The position numbers and the translations under genes were made by a program. Of a stretch of 64,000 nt of DNA, positions 36,182-48,400 are shown piece by piece (within the stretch, counting starts at the first letter, position 1; each line of letters opens with the position of its first letter). Source of the stretch: Mobula birostris (Eukaryota); assembly GCF_030028105.1 (NCBI RefSeq), contig NC_092382.1, forward strand, positions 99,898,699 through 99,962,698, given 5' to 3'. Below the pieces are notes generated by a model that worked only from the letters and a program-made list of their open reading frames with translations, was not told where the DNA came from and searched no databases.

Positions 36182-37803
36182 CACTGGTAGGCAAATATTT
36201 GAGGACCCCGGTCAAAATTTCCGCTAGAGTGGAACGTTCAGTGAGTCGAAGATGAACTGATCTCCAGAATTCATAAAGTTACAGATGAATCATTCTTTTC
36301 AACATTTGAAGCAAGGTTCGTGTATTTTTTGCTTTGATCAATTTTCGAGTGAAGATAAAGGAAAAGAGCACCATGCAGAAGTTTGGGTACACCTAGAGAT
36401 TTGAGCTCTTTGAACACTTTTACCAAGGTCTCACACCGTAATTATCTTGTTAGGGCTCTGGTTTGTTCACGGTTATCGTTAGGAAAGGCCAGGGAATGCA
36501 AATTTCAAAGCCTTTGAAATAACCCGACTCCTCAAACATTGTCCAAACAATCAGCAGCCATTGTCACCTCTAAGCAGCTGCCAAGCCCTCCGAAAATGAA
36601 AATAAATGATGCCCTCAAAGCAGGAGAAGGCTAAAATTGGATAGCAAAGCATGTTCATGTAGCCGTTTCCTCAGTTCGTAATGCAATTAAGAAGCGGCAG
36701 TTAACAGAAACGGTGGAGGTCAAGTTGAGGTCTGGAAGAACAAGATGACTATGTCAGAGACTGCTCGTAGGGTTGCGAAAAAAAAACAAATTAAATTCCC
36801 CAGTTGACTGCAAAAGACCTTCAGGAAGATTTCGCGGACTCTGCAGTGGGGGTGCACTGTTCTTCCGTGCAGCAACACATGCACACATGTGACCTTCATG
36901 GAAGAGTCAGCAGAAAAAAAAACTTTCCTGCGTCCTCACCACGAAACTCAGCGTGAGAAGTTTGCAAAGGCACATCTAAACAAGCCTGATGCATTTTGGA
37001 AACAAGTCCTTTGGACTGATGATGTTAAAATTTAACTTACCGGTCGCAATGAGCAAAGGTATGTTTGGAGATAAAGGGAGTGAGGAATTTCATGAAAATA
37101 ACACCACTGCAACCGTTAAGCACGGGGGTGAGTCAAACATGATTTGGGATTTTGATGCAGCAATAGCACGGGCAACATTTCACTGGTAGAGGGAGGAATG
37201 AATTCAATTAAATACCAGCAAATTCTGGAAGCAAACATCACACCGTCTATTCAAAAGCTGCAAATCAAAAAAGGATGACTTCTGCAACACGATAATGATC
37301 CGAAACACACCTCAAACTCCACAATAGACAACCTCAAGAGGCGCAAGCTGAAGGTTTTACCATGCCCCTTGCAGTCCGCCGACCACAATATCATCGAAAA
37401 TCTTTAGATAAACCTCAAAAAAACAGTGCATACAAGACGGCGCAAGAGTCTCACAGAACTAGAAGCCTTTTACAAGGAAGAGTAGGCGAAAATCCCCAAA
37501 CATCATTGAAAGACACTTGTCCGGCTACGAAAAGCGTTCACAAGTTTTGATACTTGCCAAAGGGGGAGTACCAAGTACTGACCATGCAGAGTGCGCAAAC
37601 TTTTGCTTCAGAACCTTTTCCATGTTTGTTATTTTGTAACAGTAAAGGATGGAAAAAAGTATAAAGTAATCCTGCTTCAGTTATTAAAGAAATCTGTCAT
37701 CTTTAACTTTAAGCTTTTTTGGAAATCAGGACACCTTTTACTCGCTGAGCTATTACAGGTACACAAATTTTGACCAGGGTGCCCAAACCATTGCATGCCA
37801 CTG
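36182..37803 (+). mobile_element. Full-length (about 1.62 kb) decayed Tc1 transposon with TIRs and TA TSD
   Basis: TA|CACTGGTAGGCAAATATTTGAGGACCCCGGTCAAAATT ... AATTTTGACCAGGGTGCCCAAACCATTGCATGCCACTG|TA; FWKQVLWTDD, TVKHGG, QHDNDPKHTS; stops and frameshifts. Confidence 0.9.
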
Positions 37804-38282
37804 TATACAGCTATAATTTTTAAGAACTATCTATGCAATAATTATTTTAAACTGTGTATATCACTATAGTTTTCTTTTTATTTGCTGCGTGTACCTTCCT
37901 TTTCAGTCTGGTTGCATATCAGTGTCCAGCTGTGTGTCAAAAAGTTTCTTAGTTTTGTGTCCATTTACAGACAGGGCACGCATCTGTGGACAGCCGACTG
38001 GTGGGATTATTGTATACACTTGCAATCTGCTTTGGTATTGCTTCTCTGACAGCCTTCAGATAAAGGGTTAATTGCACCTGTCATTCCAGAGAGTTTAATG
38101 AAGGGAGTTTCCGTGGGGATTGTCGTCGTCACCGCGGAGGTGTGGCTGCTGGTTACCTTTTCTATTAATATGTCTCTCTCACAACGTCAGTTTCAGAGAG
38201 AGCCACCAGTCTACGCTATCAGAGACTAGAGGCTGCAGGCAGAGAGAAGACAGAGGCTGGATCGGGAACACGAATCCCAGCA

Positions 38283-41200
38283 ATGGATTATAACCCTGGA
38301 ACTACATCGCCCAATGCTACGGAAATTGCGAAGTACGTTTTCTTGCTGTATCCACATCTTGTTGATGATTACCAATGGCTGATTTTGGACACCCGAATCA
38401 GTCTCCTCCTTCGGAGAGTCAAAGAGTTTTACTACCCTGCACTCGCAATCGTAGCTCTTCTTGGTAAGTGTTTCGTCTCTTCCTCATGATTATGTTGAAA
38501 AATAGAATTTAGCTTCTCATTCATCCTGTATTGTAACGACTCGCTAATTGCAAGGCAGGTCTTTCCAACCGGTATCGCTTCAGCAAACATCGGCTGAGTG
38601 TATTTGATAAGGTACCCCATGCAAGTCTTATTGTGAAATTTAGGAGGCATTTCATCCAAGGGGACATTGCTATGCCGATACAGAAATGGCTTATCCACAG
38701 AAGGCAAAGTGTTGTTGTAGACTGTCATATTCTGCATTGAGGTTGTTGACCAGTGGTGTGGTTCAGGAATCTGTTCTGACACTCCTACTCTTGCTGATTT
38801 TTATAAATGACCTGGATGAGGAAGTGGAGCGATGGGTCAGTACATTTGGTAATGAAAGAAGATTGGGGGCGCTGTGGACAGTGTGGAGGGCTGTCAGAGG
38901 TTACAGCTGGAGTTTGAGAGGATGCAAAACTGCGTTAAGAAGAGCCAGTTGGAGTTCAACATGAGAGACGTTCTTTTAGGTAGGGTAAATATGTTGGCAG
39001 AATAGAGTATTAGCGGAATTAATTTAAAAATAAATTAATAAACAAACAAATAGCTTATGTCACGTCACTCGCAACACAAATATATAATTGTGTCAGATTT
39101 TACAAACAAACAAACAAACATGTAATACATTCTGGTCAGCAATAGCGAAAACTATTCAAGTGACTAACTTAACCAGCAGTTAACTGCTATGCGACAACCC
39201 CGGAACAGTTCTTAAAGTGGTAAATTCGAACACAGTATTAAAATGGTAACTTCGAAAGCCCAAGTGATTTACACAGTCAATCAGGAGAGATGTCTCTGGA
39301 AACGGCTGTCTTCGAGACGTGACGTTACTTCTGATTCTGTCCAATAGATTCACAGCGAAGGAAATCAAATGGTTTAAATAAACTGACCTTGTCCTGGCGA
39401 ATGAACATTGCACAAACCTTCCTAATCTTACAAGGTACTGAACGACATCATGGTCACAAGACTGTCACAAGATACCCACCAGTTATGTAATACTCCAACG
39501 TCTCACCAGTTAAAAAGCATAAGGGTACGTGGGCATCATCACTGCCATGATCTATCGACGCCACAAAGAGTGCAGAGGAAACTGACAACATGCAGAGGGA
39601 TATTAATATGTTCAGCGAATGTAGCAGCGTCTGGCAGATGGAGTGCAAAGTTGGTAAATGCGAGGTTATCGAATGGGAAGGACAATTGTAAGAACAGAAT
39701 ATTATTTACGTGGTAAACGATTGCAGTATGCTGCTGTGCGGAGGGGCTTTGGAGTACTTGTGCTTGAATCACAAAAGTTTGGTTTGCAGGTGCAGCAGAC
39801 TGTCAAGAAAGTAAATAGGATGTTAGCCTTTGTTGTCAGAGGAATTGAGTTTAAGAGTAGGGAGGATGTGCTGCAGCTGGACAAGGAACTATTGAGGAGG
39901 CATTTGGAGTACTGTGCAGTTCTGGTCTCCCGACTTGAGGATGGGTAAGCTGGCTGTGCAGGCGGTTCACCAGTTGATTGCAGAGCTGAGGTGGTTCGGC
40001 TATGTGGGGAAATTGTTTCGATTGGCATCGTACTCGCTGGAACTCAGAAGAATGAAAGGAAGTCGCTAGAAACATCTAAAATTATGGAATGGATAGATAA
40101 GATAGCCGTCGGAAAGTTGTTTCCACTGGTAGGCGAGGTTAGAACTACGGGGCATAGCCTGAAGATTCTGCGGACTGAACTTAGGACCGTGTTGAGGAGG
40201 AATTTCTTCTCTCAGAGGCCGGTGAATTGTGGAATTCTCTGCTCAGTGCAGCACTGGAGGCAACTTCGATAAATATATTTCAGACCGGCTGCCACTGATT
40301 TTGCATAGTAGACGAATTAAGGGCTATGAGGAAAAGGTAGGTATGCGGCGATGAGTCCATGGTCAGATCAGCCATGATCTTCTTCATTGTCAGATCATGC
40401 CAGTCCGAACAGATGGACTATTCCTGATCCTACTATTAATGTTCTTATATTCTCACTTTCTCTCATGTTTACAGCTGAGGGGAGTTGAATTTCTGTCACC
40501 GTGGTACTTGGTACATTAATTCGTTCATTACTCTCCTAACACTTCCCGTTTGCAACTCGTTCTCCTGGTGCTAAAGATCAGAATACGTTTCAGGCATCGA
40601 TTGCTATCACTGCTTTGCCCATAAAGCTCAGAAGTTAAATTCGACCAGCCGAGCACGTGCTTTCGCCGCCATTCCGTGTAGCTGATTCATTATCGCACTC
40701 AACCACATTCTGGCGCCCAGCCCCGTAGCCATCGGCAGCCTGATGAATAAAGCACCCAGCACTCTCCTCTGCCAATGGTTCCAATGAACCGTCTGTGCCG
40801 CTGAATTACACACATTCACCTGTCTCGGTCTGAAGAAATTAGGACCCATCTCCGTTCTAAAGGGATGTCTTTTTATTGTGAAGCCTCGTCTTCAGGTTGT
40901 AGACTCCCCCACGACAGAAGCAACCCTCTCCGCGTCCACGATATCTCTGCCTTTCAATGTTCAATAAGTTTCAATGAGACTCCTCTCATCCTTCTGAACT
41001 TCAGCAGGTGCATTGTACTCACTGCCAATTTAATAATGATCCTGATAATCTCCTTCATAGTTACATTAATTCCATGTTCATCTCTGCTCTTGGGAGGGCT
41101 ATCGATTAAAATAATTGCTTTCAGAGAAAGTGTCCATCCGAAAGTGTATTAATCTTCTACATTTCCGTCCGCACAGTGAACCTGGTGACAATCGTCATCC

Positions 41201-42090
41201 TGTCTCGGGGAAAGTGCGGTCTCTCCAAAGGCGTCACAAGGTACCTGGTTGCCATGGTAGCAGCGGATCAGCTCGTCGTTCTCTTCGATCTGGTATTGAA
41301 CAAGATTCCGATGACTAACGTGCCAATGGAGTTTCTCTACTGGTCACATCGTGCTCCCGTGTGTAATATCCACGCCGTTCTGTTCTACGCCGCCACGGAC
41401 TGTTCTGTCTGGTTCACCGTCACTTTCACCTTTGATCGATTTGTCGCCATTTGTTTTCAGGAGCTGAAACGAAGATACTGCACCGGGAGAGCGGCGGCTC
41501 TGGTTCTGGGGACAGTGACTGTGCTGAGCTGCGTAAAGAACATATTCTGGTACTTTATGCTCGATGAGTCATATTCCGCATTAGATAGTTCCTTGCTCTG
41601 CCTTACTAGTAGCCGTTCATTTTCCCGATCTCAGCTGGCAACATTTCGACTGATTCATTCCCTCCTCACCCCAATATTCCCCTTTGTCCTGATACTCCTG
41701 CTAAATAGTTTAACCATCAGATACGTCTTCCTCGCCAGCCGAGCCCGGAGGAGACTCCGTGGTTCGCGGAATGGCGAAACGCCCGCCGATACGGAGTTGA
41801 AGAACCGGAGGCAAGCCCTCCTCTTACTGCTGGTTATGTCCGGGAATTTCATCCTGCTGTGGGCGCTGCTGACGGTGTATTCCATATGGGAGAGCTTTGA
41901 TTCGATTCCCCCGAGTTCTCTGCGGGAGCTGGGCTACATGCTGCAGCTCCTCAGCTGCTGCACCAACACGGCCCTTTACGCCGTGGTCCAGGCCAGGTTT
42001 AGGGTGCAGCTGAAGGAGACTGTGAAATCGCCCTTACGCCTCATGGCAAAGTTCATTTGGCGTTGTCAGGATTGCATTAATCCTCGGTGA
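38283..42090 (+). CDS. GPR139-like GPCR copy 2 (exons 38283-38463 and 41177-42090; 364 aa)
   Basis: Exon 1 MDYNPGTT..YYPALAIVALL + G|GTAAGT; same acceptor as copy 1; open 7TM exon. Confidence 0.9.
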
Positions 42091-44339
42091 CACTTCTCCC
42101 ATACCGCCCAATATGTATCATTTTATCTGGTAGGTTATTATAAATTGAAGGGCTACTGGGACCACTGGTTATTATAAATTGAAGGGCGAATGGGACGTGA
42201 TGGAATTGGAGATTTTGAAGGAGGCTGGTAAAAGTGCAGATGGGTTGAAACTGTGGTCACAGAAATCATAACTGTGTCAAAGTAATACGGTAGTTCAGTG
42301 TCTGTTGCTTCGAAACGGTTGAGAAATAGGGGAATATCTCCCAGGCAGGTAAGTCTATGACTATGACGCCTCTGGTTTTTGATAACACTATGCAAACATA
42401 AAAGAAAAGTAGATTCGTGTGCCAGCAGAAGATGGCAGTCGACAATGCCGAGATTTCAATGTTGTCACCCGGGAATCGCATTTTAATTACAAAGGAGAAA
42501 TAACAGTCTGTAGAATAAGTTCGACAGTGAGTTGTTCCGGGATTTGTGAGACATATAAATAACTTGGATGCATGTGAATGAGTTGACTAATAATCTTGCG
42601 GACGACACAAACAATTTAACTTACGCAAGGCGCCGGAGGATCTTCGGGCGGTAATTTCAAATGAACTCGAAAGAGCAAGACCTTTACACAGAGAGTAGTG
42701 GGTGCATGGGATGCACTTCCTGGTGTGGTGGTGGGGACACAAGGAGGGGAGACATTGAGGAGCTGCTGATACAGACATGTGCCTCTGAGGAAAATGGAAG
42801 GACATGCTGATAATTCAAGCAGATAAGATTGGTTAGTCATTAGGTTACTTATCTAACTGGTACAGTGCGACTTTGTGGGCCGACGGGACTGCTCTGGTGC
42901 TGTCATGTTCCAATGAAGAGAATGAACAGCTGACACTTTGGAGAGACTTTTTCTGGATTGGAAAGGTCAAGGGGCCGGCTCAGGGTACGATGAGGTGCAT
43001 TAACAACTGACGGGGGGGGCGGCGCGGTGTGAAAATAAGTGATGGACAGTGTAGGATCGGGCGGGGTGATGTAGGAAACTGAGCGGTGATCGGCGGAAAC
43101 TGTACGAGAACATAGATGTGGGAACCTGAGGACACTGGCTAGTACACGAAAGCGAGGAAGGGGGTTCACCGGGGGAGAAGATGGGTAAGTGAGCTGAGAA
43201 CAAGAAACGAGAGAGGAACCAGGAACGTGATGGAACAGGAGAGAGTAGTGAGTGAGGACAAAGGAGTTGGTGCTGGAGAAATCGCTGTTCATACCCGTTG
43301 GTAGTAAACTACCCAGACAGAATACGAACTGTTTCCCCTAAAAATATCATTCCAGCAGCAAAGACCGTGGTCAGGCTCTTAACCTAACGGTTAGGGTCGG
43401 AGTTCTGAGATCAATTGCAGTGTTCTCGGTAAGGACAATCTGTGTGTCCCACTCGTTCAATGCGCTCGTATTCACCATCTGTCTTTCCACACTTAAAAGA
43501 GCTGTCCGGTTGGTTAATTACTTTTTGTAAATTGTTCCTTGATTAATTTACGGTTAAAGTGCATTCTCTGATATTTGTTGGGGCGGCGCTCGATTTGTAA
43601 GTATAATAAATATTTAAGGAATAAACTCTCAGTATGGGAATAGGAAGATGGAGTAGATTTGCTGACCAGAGGCAGTTCTAACTATTGCGCACGACGGCCG
43701 AGGGACTCGCAGAAACGTTCCCCTATAATCATTCGGATCTCACCGAAGAGGTGGAGGCCTCACTGCACTGGCAACACCGGGTACATCAGGCGAAACCGGG
43801 TACATCAGGCGAAACAGATGGTGTGTCACCTCATCAGAGAGGCAGCTGAACGTGGGTGCGGGAGACGCTGTGCGGGCCGGCGCAGCACAGGTCCCGCATG
43901 CAGGGTTCAGCGGCAGGAGGAGATCAGTGCGGAGTCATTTTAAGCTGCTGAAGCGGCAGCGGAACCCGCACTGAAGTCACGGTTATGCAACCATTGTATG
44001 GGTTCCTGTACCAGCTGTAAAGAAAATATTCTTTTAAAGTAATGTGAATACAGCCCAGTCCATCAGGGGTAAAACCCGTCTCATTATTGACTGCATCTAC
44101 AAGGAACGCAGTAGCAGAAAAGCAAAGTCCATCATCAGTGCTCTCCATCACCCAGGCCATGCTCTCTTCATCCTCTGGAAGGTGATACAGGGGCGTTAGC
44201 ACTGACAGGACCGCCATCAAAGCAATTAATACACCTGAAAAATTCTAATCCCGACGTTGCCCTGCACCATGACGTATGGATTGATTTTCAAGGGCTCCTC
44301 ATCGGATGGCCTCGACAGTCATTGCTTGTTTATACATAT

Positions 44340-44396
<57 letters not shown>

Positions 44397-44866
44397 CGCG
44401 TGTGTATAGATGTTTTAAAAATGTCCGCTGAGGGAGTCATTTGTCAATTACTTGGAACATAGAAGTTCGGAACCAGCTATAAATTAAATGAAAAATACCC
44501 AAGCACTCAACAGTCCTACCTCGGCAATCTCAATATCCTCCACCGTCTTACATTCTTATGACTATCCAGGCGTCTCTTAAAATCTTCTAACGTATTTGCC
44601 TCCACGTCAATACCAGGCAGCGCATTCCAGGCATCCACGGTCTCAGAGTGAAAAAAAAACAACTATTCCTCACATCCAGCTTGAAACTACTTCCTCTCAT
44701 TTTCCATGCATAGCCTCTGCTCTTACATATTTGAACACTGGAGTACAGATACTCCCTATTTCTCTATCTATGCCTCTCATAAGCTTATAAACATCTGCCA
44801 AATCTCCCCTGAGACTCAGGCGCTTCAGAGAAAACGACCCGTTTGTCCAGCCTCTCGTCATAAGAC

Positions 44867-45487
44867 AAGCAACACACATAACAGTTGCTGGTGAACGCAG
44901 CAGGCCAGGCAGCATCTCTAGGAAGAGGCGCAGTCGACGTTTCAGGCCAAGACCCTTCGTCAGGACTAACTGAAGGAAGAGTGAGTAAGGAATTTGAAAG
45001 TTGGAGGTGGGGGGGAGATCCAAAATGATAGGAGAAGACAAGAGGGGGAGGGATGGAGCCAAGAGCTGGACAGGTGATAGGCAAAAGGGATACGAGAGGA
45101 TCATGGGACAGGAGGTCCGGGAAGAAAGATGAGGTGGGGGGGGGGGACCCAGAGGATGGGCAAGGGGTATATTCAGAGGGACAGACGGAGAAAAAGGAGA
45201 GTGAGAGAAAGAATGTGTGTATAAAAAAAAGTAACAGATGGGGTACGAGGGGGAGGTGGGACATTAGCGGAAGTTAGAGAAGTCGATGTTCATGCCATCA
45301 GGTTGGAGGCTACCCAGAGGGAATATAAGGTGTTGTTCCTCCAACCTGAGGATGTGGAACTAAAATGTGTGGCCACTGGGAGATCCTGCTTTACTGGCGG
45401 ACAGAGTGCAGGTGTTCAGCAAAGCGGTGTCCCAGTCTGCGTCGGGTCTCGCCAATATATAAAAGGCCACATCGGGAGCACCGGACG
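44867..45487 (-). mobile_element. Penelope-like element fragment with 8-bp TSD (CATAAGAC)
   Basis: CVRCSRCGLLYIGETRRRLGHRFAEH (GIY-YIG); TSD at 44859-44866 and 45488-45495; empty site in unit 1 near 27910. Confidence 0.85.
44931..44968 (-). ncRNA. Minimal type-I hammerhead ribozyme motif in the PLE terminus
   Basis: Minus strand UAGUC-CUGACGA-AGGGUCUUGGCCU-GAAA-C-GUC/GACUG: intact core, 5-bp stem I, palindromic ACGU stem III. Confidence 0.65.
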
Positions 45488-48400
45488 CATAAGACATGTT
45501 GTCTAATCCGAGCAGTGTTCCGACGTGCCCTGACTAGAGTTTTCATAATTTGCAACATAATGTCTTGATTTAAGATCCCTGCATTGACTGATAATATTAG
45601 GCATTCTAAAAGTCTCTTAATCACCTTGTTGACCTGCGTAGCCACTTTCAAGAGGCTGGGACCTTAGATCCCAGGGTAGCTCTGTTCAGCAACGCTCTTC
45701 ACGAGCTTGCCCAAACACTGTACTGTTTCTTTAAATTTACTTGTTATCAGCGTGCTGCATCGCGGATTTATCTGGGTTAATTTCCATCTGTCCTGTCGCT
45801 GTTAATATCTGCAACTCATCTGTGCCTCATTGTATTCTTTGCCAGACTTCTATAGTGGCCACAACTCCATCAACCTTGGCATCATCCGCAAACCTACCAG
45901 CCCACCCATCTAGTCGTTCATCCAGGTCATTTATATACATCACAAGCATCAGGCATCTCAGCACAGATCACTGCCGAGCATCACTAATTGCAGATCTCCA
46001 TCTCGGATAAGTCGCTTCGGTCACCTTACTCTGCCGTCTATGCGCAAATATGTTCTGAGTCCAGGGAGGCAATTGGCCGCCCATCCCTTTGTTTCTCCTC
46101 TTGAGCGAGTATGTCAAACGCCTGACTGAAGGCATGTAGACAGCATCCACTGCTCTACGCTCATCAATCCCTGTCGTCACCTTGTTAAAATACTCTTTCA
46201 AGTTGTAAGACCAGACCTGCCCCGAACAGAGCCATGCTAGCTCTCCCTAACCTGGCTGGGTTTTTTTTAATCTCGTAAATCCTGTACATACGAATTTTTA
46301 CCTCCTATCTCCATATAACTGAAATGAGTCTCATTTACCCATAGTTTTAAAAAGAGATAAAACATTATCACTGGCCAGTCCTGCGGGACTTCGCCTGCAG
46401 CTGGAGTGGACATGAGCAAGTCCATTAAGGCCCTAGTAATATTACGTCTTCCCTCTTGCAATTGTAACTGGGTCTTGGTTACACTGGCTGCTGAGGTGTC
46501 TAAAATGTCTTCTTTGTATGTCATATAAAATGGCTTCCTGTAATAATAACTGCGAAATAAAGAGTTCTCTATCCCCTGCTTGTTTGGGTTAATATTATTC
46601 AAAAGGAGACGAACGAACCCATGAGTGCCAATGCTATTCTATCTGTATGTGTGGGAACCTGGGTGAGTTCCCGGGTTTTTCGGGAGGAGAACCGAAGGGG
46701 AAGGACGTGCTGTACGCGCTGTGGTCGACCATCGTCTTTGGTCCCAGGGGCGGGTCGAGGAGGTCGGAGGAGATCGCGTGGTGAAAAGAAGACCCCGTTA
46801 ATTGAGCTCCAACGGTTGTGCGTGAAGTGGTTGAACTCTGATAAGTTTGGCGCCATTTACTTTCTTTTATATTATATCTCTATTAATTCCATAGTTCCAG
46901 TAAGTTCTATAATGTGTAATCTGCAAATCGTGATGTCTGATATTTCATGTGTGAGTTTAAACCAGGGTGTATTACACAGCAACTACGCAATCGTGAGGTT
47001 TGGTGGGCGGACGTGGTTTCCCCTCGATAAACACGAGAGGTTAGCAATCAGCGTTACATTTGTGGGGCTCGTTCCGGATTTGAACCCGGGACCACTCGCA
47101 CTAGCACTTATTCCGAAGTGCGAAAATTCACCCAACTTAACTCCTACACATGATCAACCGGTACTTCCTCGGACTCACACCAGTTGGAATCTTCTCCAGA
47201 TCCATCTCCGCACTGACTTAACGGGCGGTTTACACATCTTCCACATAATCCAAATCCCGGACGATTTTGCCTTCCTCCCTTTGTAAAGAGCGGTTTGACG
47301 TTTGTAATCTTCCAGTCCTGCGGGACATGGCAGAATCAAGTCATTCTTGAAAGGAGATGACCATTATATCCATTATCTCTTCTGCAAACCCTCTCAGAAC
47401 TCTAGGTGTAGTCCACCTGGCCCAGTTAACATTTTCACCTGAAGACTTTTGTGTTTGCCGAGCACGTCTTCATTGGTAATAACAATGTCACTCAATCCCG
47501 ATGCCTGGCACTCTCGGGACTCTGGCACACTGATCGCGCCTTCCACAGCAAACACAGAAGCAAAGAACCCTTTAAGTTAATAGGTAATTTCTTAGCCCCC
47601 ATTCCTGCCTCTGGTCATAAATAAGCAGCATTAGTTTTCAACTGTTCCATTCCCTGAGGCTCCAAGTGGATTAGAAAAGAGAATATGGAGTTATACCGAC
47701 CACATTACCAATTATTCGATGGGGAAAATTTTGGGTACAGTGCCCATAATCGCAGATGTGTAAAGGTCGTTATAGGTTATGATCAGACTGGTCTTCACGG
47801 AGGGAGCTCCGAATATAAATGCATTGGGCTGGAACTGGGAAACTTTTATTATGAATCCCCGCCGGGGCTAAGTCCACATTTCAGAGGTGGATATTTTATC
47901 GTTTGGATCTCAGTATCAGCATGTTTCTTTTTTATCTGAGGGTGAAGCTAAGTATGAAGCAGGACAAGGCGAGGCTCGGAAATATATATGAAGCGAAGCA
48001 TTGCAAATATCGGCAGGAGAAAATAAATGAAGTTTAATGTTTCGCCGTTTTAATTCGAGCCAGAAATGCGGAGGTTATTAAACAAAACGCGATTGTTGCA
48101 ACAAGGGATATCCAAAAGGAAAATGAGGAGCAAATGGGGAGCGAGGAGAATGGTGGGCCTTTTAATGAAGAAAGCAGCGTATCTGGAGACAGGAAGTGCT
48201 GAAAATCCTTCATGATTACCTCAAACCGGCATTCACCACGGAAACGGATATACAATATACAAGATCATGAGGCTAACGATATTATTGCAGGGAATGATGA
48301 TATTGTGTCAAAAGTGTTGAGACATTTTAGTGAACCCAACTCTGCATTGGATCAGTATCCCGCTGCCCCCATATCACGGCCTTTTTTCTCCTCCATCTAG

